Both the position numbers and the translations under genes were made by a program. A stretch of 64,000 nt of DNA from Lingula anatina (taxonomy: Eukaryota; Animalia; Brachiopoda), in the NCBI GenBank assembly GCA_051362555.1, contig CM120649.1:10478001-10542000 (forward strand). Direction: 5' to 3'. Shown here in pieces: positions 43,501-54,733 of the stretch. Positions within the stretch are counted from its first letter, which is position 1. Each line of letters starts with the position of its first letter. The notes below the pieces were generated by a model that saw only the letters and a list, made by a program, of their open reading frames with translations, was not told the origin of the DNA and ran no database searches.

Positions 43501-44744
43501 GGCATTAACCATGAATAGACAGATAGAGTCCGTCCACCAACAAGCCACCAGGCTGCAAGGAAAGGTTTACCTGCAAAAAGGGCAAAGTCCATGGCGTAAA
43601 ATATTTAAACGTTAATAATTTTAACAAATCTGGTCCAATGTTTGTGAAATTTGTACAAATGATGCCTAATAAAAATAAAAATCTGACATAATCTAAGCAG
43701 TTGACTGTGTGAAATGAAAATGATTTTTCAGACCATATAATCGAGAAACCTCAAAATTACATTGAAAACATTGGTAAATTCCAAGGCTTAAAATAGTTAA
43801 ACGCTAATAATTTTAACAAATCTGGTCATATGTTTGTGAAATTTGTACAAATGATGCCTAATAACAGTAAAAATCTGAGATAAAATTATCAGTTGACTGT
43901 GTGTAATTAAAGTGACTTTTCAGACAATATATTCGAGAAAATGACGTTGAAAACTTTGGCAAATTCCAAGGCTTAAAATAGTTAAACGTTAATAATTTTG
44001 ACAAATCTGGTCCAATGTTTGTGAAATTTGTACAAATGATGCCTAATATCAGTAAAAATCTGAGATAAAATTATCAGTTGACTGTGTGTAATTAAAGTGA
44101 TTTTTCAGACAATATATTTGAGAAAACCGAAAATTACGTTGAAAACATTGGCAAATTCCAAGGCTTAAAATAGTTAAACGTTAATAATTTTAAGAAATCT
44201 GGTCATATGTTTGTGAAATTTGTACAAATGATGCCTAATAACAGTAAAAGTCTGAGATAAAATTATCAGTTGACTGTGTGTAATTAAAGTGACTTTTCAG
44301 ACAATATATTCGAGAAAATCGAAAATGACGTTGAAAACTTTGGCAAATTCCAAGGCTTAAAATAGTTAAACGTTAATAATTTTGACAAATCTGGTCCAAT
44401 GTTTGTGAAATTTGTACAAATGATGCCTAATATCAGTAAAAATCTGAGATAAAATTATCAGTTGACTGTGTTTAATTAAAGTGATTTTTCAGACAATATA
44501 TTTGAGAAAACCGAAAATTACGTTGAAAACATTGGCAAATTCCAAGGCTTAAAATAGTTAAACGTTAATAATTTTGACAAATCTGGTCCAATGTTTGTGA
44601 AATTTGTACAAATGATGCCTAATAACAATAAAAATCTGAAATAAGCTGATCACTTCACTGTTTCTAATTTAAGTGTATTTTATTAGCAATTGATTCCAGA
44701 AGAGTGAGAATTTATGAAAACAAATATTTCAATATTCCAATAAA

Positions 44745-45115
44745 ACTACAATTAAGATAATTAATTGTATTTATGTAGGAAATGGTTTGTTTTTAGTGGT
44801 GGTAATAGCTTTGTTGGTAATCCATCTACGCTTTGTTTATAGGAAGTAGTCTGGGTTTAGGTCTTGTGTCTGCACATTTTGATCTTAAGTAGTTGACCAA
44901 GGCAAGGTGATAACAGATGTCCAGGGTCAAATTGTCTTAGCTGCTGTGTATCTAGGCACACAGTTAATTTTATATGAGTTTTAGGAAACTACTTCTTGCG
45001 AGCTGCATTAGCGAGAAGTCATTCAGCCTTTTAGCTGCGATGATATGTACACGCAATTTCAGCAGCTTCACAGTATTATAATTTCTTGCGTTTCTTTATT
45101 TTAATTTTACATTGT
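44745..45115. other. 371-bp non-satellite insert flanked by a 153-bp direct duplication of satellite (44592-44744 and 45116-45268)
   Basis: Satellite stops at ...attccaataaa (44744) and restarts 153 bp earlier in the unit at tgtttgtgaaattt (45116). Both flanks carry the variant ataagctgatcac. No long ORF, TIR or poly(A) in the insert. Confidence 0.9.
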
Positions 45116-48100
45116 TGTTTGTGAAATTTGTACAAATGATGCCTAATAACAATAAAAATCTGAAATAAGCTGATCACTTCACTGTTTCTAATTTAAGTGT
45201 ATTTTATTAGCAATTGATTCCAGAAGAGTGAGAATTTATGAAAACAAATATTTCAATATTCCAATAAATCATTTTATCTCAAAACAAACCATCAGATGTG
45301 ATGACTTGTGTTTGTTTGTGTAGGAAGTGGCAAATTACCTATTATTGTCTTCTGAAAAGCAACATATACCCAATCAAGATTTCTCCTTACTACCAATACC
45401 AGATGCAGATTCCTCCTTACAGTGGGTTTCTGGAATCAGGCTGTTAGAACACCATTTCACCATGTCCTAGATCTCCCACATATCATGTATTGTACACATG
45501 GATGAGACATAGCACTGCTCTTGATGTTGTCCTTCACTGCCTGTTTTTTCTATAGGCATTAACCATGAATAGACAGATAGAGTCCGTCCACCAACAAGCC
45601 ACCAGGCTGCAAGGAAAGGTTTACCTGCAAAAAGGGCAAAGTCCATGGCGTAAAATATTTAAACGTTAATAATTTTAACAAATCTGGTCCAATGTTTGTG
45701 AAATTTGTACAAATGATGCCTAATAAAAATAAAAATCTGACATAATCTAAGCAGTTGACTGTGTGAAATGAAAATGATTTTTCAGACAATATATTCGAGA
45801 AACCTCAAAATTACATTGAAAACATTGGTAAATTCCAAGGCTTAAAATAGTTAAACGTTAATAATTTTAACAAATATGGTCATATGTTTGTGAAATTTGT
45901 ACAAATGATGCCTAATAACAGTAAAAAACTGAGATAAAATTATCAGTTGACTGTGTGTAATTAAAGTGACTTTTCAGACAATATATTTGAGAAAACCGAA
46001 AATTACGTTGAAAACATTGGCAAATTCCAAGGCTTAAAATAGTTAAACGTTAATAATTTTAACAAATCTGGTCATATGTTTGTGAAATTTGTACAAATGA
46101 TGCCTAATAACAGTAAAAGTCTGAGATAAAATTATCAGTTGACTGTGTGTAATTAAAAAGATTTTTTTAGACAATATATTAGAGAAAATCAAAAATGACG
46201 TTGAAAACTTTGGCAAATTCCAAGGCTTAAAATAGTTAAACGTTAATAATTTTGACAAATCTGGTCTAATGTTTGTGAAATTTGTACAAATGATGCCTAA
46301 TAACAGTAAAAATCTGAGATAAAATTATCAGTTGACTGTGTTTAATTAAAGTGATTTTTTAGACAATATATTTGAGAAAACCGAAAATTACGTTGAAAAC
46401 ATTGGCAAATTCCAAGGCTTAAAATACTGTCATGCCTATAATTCCCGCGACAACTAATTGATAATTTTCTGACGTCTGTACGCGTACATGGTGACGAGAT
46501 AATTATAGGGCAAAACACAATGGCAATGAAAATGAGAAGACGTCAAGCCCGCCCTATGTTCGCTAATATGCAAATCAACCCCGCTTGTCCATCGGTGGCG
46601 GCTTGTCACCCTGTTTATGCTCGACGGGGAGTTAATTGCCGCTTGATGTAAGCCGACGTAATTACATAGTTGCTTATCTGCCGGTACTGTTCCTTTTTCT
46701 AGGCTGACACAGGGCCTATCTTCTGCCTTGCTAACGGGTTTTTCTTCACTTTGCAAAGTTTTGTTTGAAAGATTTAATATTTATTTGACTTGTGAGTTTT
46801 TGTCCTGCTATCCACAATTTTCCCACATAACGGCCAACGTTAATTTGAAAATGACGTAATGCAGTATCGGTCACAAACCACGGAGCATGCCATCTGAGGT
46901 AATGAGCAAAAATAAAATAAACTACTTCAGACGTTGTGAAGATTATCTGTATATTCGCTTCTTTAACGTCTTTTACCGTGACATTATATGCTGATCTCAT
47001 TTGAAAGTTTTTCGCGTATTATTCGGTCAACTTATTCTGTCAAGCCATACGGGCCTGTCACTGCACGTGCGCCATCTTGAATTTTATATGTAGAGGGAGG
47101 CAGGTCGACAGCCATGCGAAAAAGGACTCTGTGCACGCGGAGAAGTGAAAGTGATACCTTTTTGAAAACGATATCATTAAAGAATACATTCATAAAAATT
47201 TAAACTTTGCTTGTCGGAGGCTGATACCCCACAAAGCGCTCAAGCTGCTGTGCACTGAGTTATAAGTGGGATCTATTTATGTCCTGGAGTGGTTCATCGT
47301 AGAAATATAGGCTAATTTTGTAATTGCAGTAATAACAACATTCTAATTCATTGCTTCTTTGTACAAGCAAGATGCTCTTTTCAAATGAATAATGAAATGA
47401 ATAAATAATGTAATTAAGTTGAGAGAAAGCAGCTCGTTATCTATAAATGGGTCTGTGTTATTTATTTTTTTTTTTCAGGTCGATCCTTAGATTGTGCCTA
47501 TTGGCTGGTAATGTAGTTCTGTCTTTTTAAATTGATCAACAACTACTTTTTAAATTTTCTTTAATAAAATACAAATAACAAGTTTGACATTGAAAATCTA
47601 ACATGCATGAAAAGCCAATTATAGTTCCAGTGTTATACTATTAAAATCCTATTTCAGCATGCGAAATATATATTTCAAAAAGTTTGCATCGATCATGTTT
47701 TGTTAGCTTAACCTTTTTGTTTTAGACTTTGAACACATGGATGGAATTTGTAAATATTCTACACAATATAATTCACTTTCATTAGTTTCGAATTTAAATA
47801 TATGGACAGTATTAATTAGATAAAATAATACTTATTAAAAAAACGTAAATTTATTGAGAATAAAAATTTAAAATGCCCTTCCGTAAGCGTATTTTTGAGA
47901 GATGATTCTGTACAGTATTTACGAGTGTAAATAATATGCGTTTGACAGCATTTTCTTTCAAATGTGATTCTTTAGAAATGTGCGCATTAACTTTTCTTGT
48001 CTTACAGACAGACACAGAGAGGACTTCAGGTCCGAAACCAGAAGGCCACATGGAAAATAGGCCTACATCTAAGGTCTACAAAAGGCTGCCTCCTTTGTAG

Positions 48101-48247
48101 GGTCTTATCTAGCGCACGAAAATCTTTATTAATCATGCGATTTGATAAATTATCACAGATGATGATTTAGTCTAATTGGTGTGCTACACGGATAAGAAGG
48201 GCGCGTAGAAAGTTGCCTAGGTCTGTAAATATATGCGTTTTGGTGTC

Positions 48248-48267
48248 GGGGGGGGGGGGGGGGGGGG
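48248..48267 (+). repeat. G20 homopolymer inside the TIR element
   Basis: Twenty consecutive G; the exact length may be affected by sequencing error. Confidence 0.9.
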
Positions 48268-48359
48268 TCTCCTTTTCTTGCCACAGTATTTAAATATTTA
48301 AACTGGAAATTATTCGATCACCAATCGTCAAGCTGTCTATGCAGAAAGATATTTTTTAA

Positions 48360-48775
48360 ACTAGCGGAGAGCACCTGCATTGGAGAAGACGACCTGGCAG
48401 AGAAAGACGGAAGATAAAGATCACTCTCACATACTTTTTTCCCCGTAAATATTTTTATATTAAAGACTCCCGTCCCTCTTCCCTTGTTCGTGTCCTTCTT
48501 TTCTACATTTACTGCATTTTATCATTTGTTTTCCCCGAAGTAAGAATGAATCGTTTGAGCAAGCGGGCTTGGTAGAAAAAGAGGGGAGATAAGGACATCA
48601 ATCTTATTTCCCGTAAATGTTTTTAATATTAAGGATTCCCATCACTTTTTTTTTGATAGTTTCCTCTTTCCTCTATTTCTTTTCGCTGCACTTTTATCTG
48701 TTGACTTCTCTTAAATAAAATTAATCAAATCTAAATAAAACAAATAACGGAGAGCAGATTCTTTGGTAAAATTAT
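48360..48775 (+). repeat. Degenerate tandem repeat (about 170-200 bp period, about 2 copies plus a partial third) inside the TIR element
   Basis: cccgtaaatatttttatattaaagactccc (about 48442) vs cccgtaaatgtttttaatattaaggattccc (about 48610); ctgcattttatc vs ctgcacttttatc; cggagagca at about 48365 and 48748. Confidence 0.7.
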
Positions 48776-50724
48776 TTATCTGTCAAAAACCTTATAAAAC
48801 GTTAAAACATTCTTTATGAATAACGACCCATGCAGTAGTGTAAAATATTCATTTTGTAGAAGGTTGCACAGGATTAAATTCTCGATGCAATTAACGATTA
48901 TTTCCTAGTCTTTCATTAGCCTACCAGCACCTTATTGAGAAAATTTTTATTCACCCCAAGAAGTTATAACTTCTTGTTCACCCTGACACTGCCAACGAAA
49001 AAGTACTTTAGTTTACTGGTGTTTCTTGAATATTTATGCACTGTTGATGGCCCCAAAGATTGAAATTTGCCGAAACCGATGCTTTATCGCTATTGTTTAA
49101 TGATTAACAATTGCTGCCTGAGAATGCTCTTGGGATGTATACTAGTAGACCTAGTCAAAGAATGGAATAGTTTTTAATATCAAGGTCACTTACAACCCAG
49201 TCATTAGGTAACACTGGACAACGAAACAAAGGGGCGACTACCAGTTGTAACTGCCATTGCATGAAATGTAAAAGGTGCGAAATCGGCCACCCCTTAATGC
49301 GTTCATTAACCAGCAAACAAAGCGTTGTATTGTAATTTCCACCGCCGACAAGCGGGTTATCAAAAAAAGTATGACAGTCTTTTTACTTCCACCATCGATC
49401 CCTAGGACGTACATGTACACATGAAAACAACATTGATAACTATTCTTGTTATAATGCACGAAGTAAATTGAAAAAAATTAAAACTGTGTTAATTTGGACT
49501 TACTTCATACATGATGTTATTGTGTTCACGACAAAGGCTAATCAAATGCCATTTACCCTTAATGATTTGTTTGGGCGAACTCTCCTCCACAGCATTTGCA
49601 CACGTATCAGTTAAAGATCTTCTTTTAATTAATCTATTTCATAATTCAAGGAGTTGCAGTAAGCGAATGCAGTTATGTGACCGATCTTGCACAAACACTT
49701 AAGCCCTTGCCGTTAGGCAAATTGACACACTAAGTCATTTTTGATATTTTTTTTCTAATGCCCAACAAGAATTTTTGCATGGAATTAATTTTCCACCGCT
49801 CAGCTGGCATTCAGTAATATATCGCGAGGACATTGCACTAACCGATGAGAGGCTGTGGTTTAAGCTAGATGCAACACTAGCCACCGAGCTGTACCCGAAA
49901 ATTACTCAACCTGTGGCTCGACAATACGCTCGTTATATTTCAAGTTCGGCTCGGCGACTTGTATTGTATCTATCACTTATTACAATGTCCAGGTAGCTTA
50001 CCCAGCTGTGGTTTTAATTATCGCTATTTAGGTTCGTTTCGAAACCAGCTTCGTCTCCACGAAAACAACATACATGTACAGTGTTTTGGATGTTACTCAC
50101 ACGAAGACCTGGCACGGCTTTGTCGTTGGTATTTTCTTTTTATTGTTTAGTGCTATCTATACCCCTATCACTTAACCTGAGAAGTTTCCAAACGTAAGGA
50201 CAAAAAGAAAAGTGTGATCTATCGAGACAAAAGGGAGATCGGTAGATACGTCCAAAATTAGGGAGACTTCTGCCAAGATCGGAAGAGTTAATTGGTATGG
50301 GCCACAGACTGATCGCTCGAGAAATTCACCAAATCTACAAAAAAAATCCTTCAAATGTATTAAATAGCAGAGGCCCATCCCCCTGATTGTAAGAAGCAAA
50401 CAAAACAACGAGACGGCAGGTCGACATTCAGCCTAGAGCAAGGTGTAATACTGTCAAGTTGAAAGCTGTTAATTAAGTCGGATTATAGCGCGCATCAATT
50501 TACTTCCCGTCTCCAAGGGTCGCCCGTACAATAATTTACATATGTGCTCCTCCCCCTGTGCGCTTAGGCCCTGTATGAGTCCACGTCGCTATTGTTTGCT
50601 ACCCGCACAGGCTTTTGTAGTTTATCAAAACAACCCATTGTCTCTCAGGGGGCGTGAGTACAGAGTTAATACGTACATGGAGTATACGCATATGGATTGT
50701 CGCGCGAATTATGAGCACAACCAG

Positions 50725-52450
50725 TAGTTAAACGTTAATAATTTTGACAAATCTGGTCACATGTTTGTGAAATTTGTACAAATGATGCCTAATAACAATA
50801 AAAATCTGAAATAAGCTTATCACTTCACTGTTTCTAATTTAAGTGTATTTTATTACCAATTGATTACAGAAAAGTGAGAATTTATGAAAACAAATATTTC
50901 AATATTCCAATAAATCATTTTATCTCAAATAAAACATCAGATGTGATGACTTGTGTTTGTTTGTGTAGGAAGTGGCAAATTACCTATTATTGTCTTCTAA
51001 AAAGCAACATATACCCAATCAAGACTTCTCCTTACTACCAATACCAGATGCAGATTCCTCCTTACAGTGGGTTTCTGGAATCAGGCTGTTAGAACACAAT
51101 TTCACCATGTCCTAGATCTTCCCACATATCAAGTATTGTACACATGGATGAGACATAGCACTGCTCTTGATGTTGTCTTTCACTGCCCGCTTTTTTTCTA
51201 CACGCATTAACCATGAATAGACAGATAGAGACCGTCAACCAACAAGCCACCAGGCCGCAAGGAAAGTTTTACCTGGAAAAAGGGCAAAGTCCATGGCTTA
51301 AAATAGTTAAACGTTAATAATTTTGACAAATCTGGTCACATGTTTGTGAAATTTGTACAAATGATGCCTAATAACAATAAAAATCTGAAATAAGCTTATC
51401 ACTTCACTGTTTCTAATTTAAGTGTATTTTATTAGCAATTGATTCCAGAAGAGTGAGAATTTATGAAAACAAATATTTCAATATTCCAATAAATCATTTT
51501 ATCTCAAAACAAACCATCAGATGTGATGACTTGTGTTTGTTTGTGTAGGAAGTGGCAAATTACCTATTATTGTCTTCTAAAAAGCAACATATACCCAATC
51601 AAGACTTCTCCTTACTACCAATACCAGATGCAGATTCCTCCTTACAGTGGGTTTCTGGAATCAGGCTGTTAGAACACCATTTCACCATGTCCTAGATCTT
51701 CCCACATATCAAGTATTGTACACATGGATGAGACATAGCACTGCTCTTGATGTTGTCTTTCACTGCCCGCTTTTTTTCTACACGCATTAACCATGAATAG
51801 ACAGATAGAGACCGTCAACCAACAAGCCACCAGGCCGCAAGGAAAGTTTTACCTGGAAAAAGGGCAAAGTCCATGGCTTAAAATAGTTAAACGTTAATAA
51901 TTTTGACAAATCTGGTCACATGTTTGTGAAATTTGTACAAATGATGCCTAATAACAATAAAAATCTGAAATAAGCTTATCACTTCACTGTTTCTAATTTA
52001 AGTGTATTTTATTAGCAATTGATTCCAGAAGAGTGAGAATTTATGAAAACAAATATTTCAATATTCCAATAAATCATTTTATCTCAAAACAAACCATCAG
52101 ATGTGATGACTTGTGTTTGTTTGTGTAGGAAGTGGCAAATTACCTATTATTGTCTTCTGAAAAGCAACATATACCCAATCAAGATTTCTCCTTACTACCA
52201 ATACCAGATGCAGATTCCTCCTTACAGTGGGTTTCTGGAATCAGGCTGTTAGAACACCATTTCACCATGTCCTAGATCTCCCACATATCATGTATTGTAC
52301 ACATGGATGAGACATAGCACTGCTCTTGATGTTGTCCTTCACTGCCTGTTTTTTCTATAGGCATTAACCATGAATAGACAGATAGAGTCCGTCCACCAAC
52401 AAGCCACCAGGCTGCAAGGAAAGGTTTACTTGCAAAAAGGGCAAAGTCCA
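50725..52450 (+). repeat. Three long units in direct tandem; the middle one is an L1(5')/L2(3') chimera from a 580-bp duplication
   Basis: Matching segments at offset 580 (51001/51581; 51421/52001). The middle unit has the L1 marker aaacaaaccatc followed by the L2 markers ctaaaaagc, cttcccac and gcccgc. Confidence 0.8.
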
Positions 52451-53287
52451 TGGCGTAAAATTTTTAAACGTTAATAATTTTGACAAATATGGTTTAATAT
52501 TTGTGAAATTCGAAAAAAAAGTGCATAAGAGCAATAAAAATCTGACATAAGCTTATCAGTTGACTATGTGTAATCAAAGTGACTTATTGCACAATATATT
52601 CGAGAAAATCGAAAATGACGTTGAAAACTTTGGCAAATTCCAAGGCTTAAAATAGTTAAACGTTAATGATTTTCACAAATCTGGTCATATGTTTGTGAAA
52701 TTTGTACAAATGATGCCTAATAACAATAAAAATCTGAAATAAGCTTATCACTTCACTGTTTCTAATTTAAGTGTATTTTATTAGCAATTGATTCCAGAAG
52801 AGTGAGAATTTATGAAAACAAATATTTCAATATTCCAATAAATCATTTTATCTCAAAACAAACCATCAGATGTGATGACTTGTGTTTGTTTGTGTAGGAA
52901 GTGGCAAATTACCTATTATTGTCTTCTGAAAAGCAACATATACCCAATCAAGATTTCTCCTTACTACCAATACCAGATGCAGATTCCTCCTTACAGTGGG
53001 TTTCTGGAATCAGGCTGTTAGAACACCATTTCACCATGTCCTAGATCTCCCACATATCATGTATTGTACACATGGATGAGACATAGCACTGCTCTTGATG
53101 TTGTCCTTCACTGCCTGTTTTTTCTATAGGCATTAACCATGAATAGACAGATAGAGTCCGTCCACCAACAAGCCACCAGGCTGCAAGGAAAGGTTTACCT
53201 GCAAAAAGGGCAAAGTCCATGGCGTAAAATATTTAAACGTTAATAATTTTAACAAATCTGGTCCAATGTTTGTGAAATTTGTACAAA

Positions 53288-54733
53288 CTAGAGGATCAGA
53301 GAGGCGATACCGCCTCCTGATATTGTACCACCAGCTGGGGTAAGCGCATTTGTATGGGAAAGAAAAAGAAAGTGGGGCCCCACCTGTATGGTTGTGGGTG
53401 ACAAGCTGCAGGAAATGTAGTAAACAAGGTGTTTTTTTTTTTGTTTTTTTTTTCAGTTTTGGCATCTAATGGCTGCTTTTCCCATGAAAATGCACCGATT
53501 GACCCCGAACTTCCACACATTAAAGCAGTCTGCAATTGTAACCCCTCAGTATTATATGAGAGCTAAGGTCTGCTTAGTTTCTGAACATTGGCACAAACAT
53601 ATATCTTTTTGCAGAAATTCCCTTTTTTGCGATCTAGGAGGATAATTGGTAATGGTGCCTTTTATCCCATGCCACCCTGCGGAGCCGTACGATATGGGTT
53701 GGTACTAAAACCACGAATACCCCCAGCTTACACACTGGTGGTACTAACTATGGGCATATCTTTGCCAGTTTTGAAAGTATAAGCACTGAAAAAAGTTGCA
53801 AAGTTCAGTCCATGGTGAAAAGTAGGTCAAAGGTCAATTTCAAGGTCACAGTTAAATTGCCAGTATATGACTTCCTATTCAACTTCAATAGTAACTATTG
53901 ACCCAACTCTCCTAGTTTTGGGGATATAAGAGACTAAAATTTTTCAAACTTCAGTTAATGGTGAAAAGTAGGAATGTACTTTTTGATACAGCATAACTCG
54001 TGAACCGTATGGAAAACAAAAAAACGGAGACCACCTCCAGTGTTGGGCTTGACATGCTCTATCAAATGCAAAAAACAAGAGGTCTCTAGCATTAAGGACT
54101 CCAGAATTAGAGAGAGTTTTATGTTTCAGCATCTAATGGCCGCTGCTCCCGTGAAAATGCATCGATTGACTCGAAACTCACAGAGATGAAAGATAACCTG
54201 AAGGGTAACAACTACCAAAAATATTAGAGGTTAGGTCTGCGTAGTTTCTGAATATCAGCACAAATAATTTTTTTTTCGTAAAAAATTCCCTTTTTTTGAA
54301 AATTTTGGCCTGTTTGACCTTGAAATAAAGGTCAAAGGTCAAATCCAAGGGCATATTTGGAATCCTCATATGTGACTTTCGGTCAGACTTCTATATTAAT
54401 TTTTCCCATAATTCCTTCAGTTTGGGAGATATATAGCATTGAATTTTCAAAAATTTTGACAAGGGTGCATTTCAACGAGCGTCATGCCCAGGCAATTGCA
54501 CCGATCGAGACAAAAAAACCAGGGGGTTCAAGTTGAGATTATATGTGACCTAAATCCAAGAGATGGGGACACAGGCCCATGCAGTCTAGGAGGAGAAGCG
54601 GTAACGGTGACTTGTATCCCACGCCACCCTGCGGAGCCGGCGGAGCTCACGGAGCCGGCGGAGCCGGCGGAGCCGTACGATACGGGTCGGGACTAAAACC
54701 ATGAGTACCGCCAGCGTACACGCTGGTGGTACT
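53288..54733 (-). mobile_element. Non-autonomous Helentron-associated interspersed element (HINE/DINE-1-like), 1,446 bp
   Basis: Inserted into the A-run of ttgtacAAAtgatg (TT target on the minus strand); net gain 1448 bp including two extra A. 11-bp subterminal inverted repeats gtaccaccagc (about 53325) and gctggtggtac (54722-54732). The right subTIR also folds with an adjacent inverted copy (agtaccgccagcgt-ac-acgctggtggtact, 54704-54733). The left end has the stem-loop atcagagaggcg-atac-cgcctcctgat and ends CTAG-TT on the minus strand. Contains diverged internal core repeats and a minisatellite. Confidence 0.85.
54631..54675 (+). repeat. 9-bp minisatellite (gcggagccg)x5 within the HINE
   Basis: gcggagccg gcggagctc acggagccg gcggagccg gcggagccg; the homologous internal segment at about 53680 has one copy. 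Confidence 0.92.

Larger units (their letters stand above)
46427..50724. mobile_element. 4,298-bp non-autonomous TIR DNA transposon with TA target-site duplication (Tc1/mariner-superfamily-like; family unassigned)
   Basis: Empty site aaaaTAgttaaac becomes aaaaTA[ctgtcatg...caaccag]TAgttaaac (TA at 46425-46426 and 50725-50726). The marker offset 46043->50874 exceeds the uninterrupted 40524->41055 by exactly 4300 = 4298+2. Imperfect TIRs of about 27 bp: left ctg-tcatgcctataattcccgcgacaa; right (reverse complement) ctggttgtgctcataattcgcgcgacaa. No ORF longer than 100 aa and no transposase motif recognised. Confidence 0.85.

Noticed and set aside
1-44000. CRISPR-like repeat/spacer appearance
   Set aside because: The intervening sequences are themselves repeated rather than unique spacers, the units are 192/577 bp, and there are no cas genes.
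44745-45115. Mitochondrial insertion (NUMT) or Helitron identity for the 371-bp insert
   Set aside because: G/T skew is present but no mitochondrial gene is recognisable; no TC...CTRR termini, and Helitrons do not create long target duplications.
46454-50727. Short ORFs (61-100 aa) within the TIR element as transposase fragments
   Set aside because: No DDE/D, HTH or zinc-finger motif recognised; scattered on both strands at lengths expected by chance.
53133-54696. ORFs overlapping the HINE, including the PAEPAELTEPAEPAEP peptide
   Set aside because: They arise from the 9-bp minisatellite, T-tracts and read-through into satellite; no Rep or helicase motifs.
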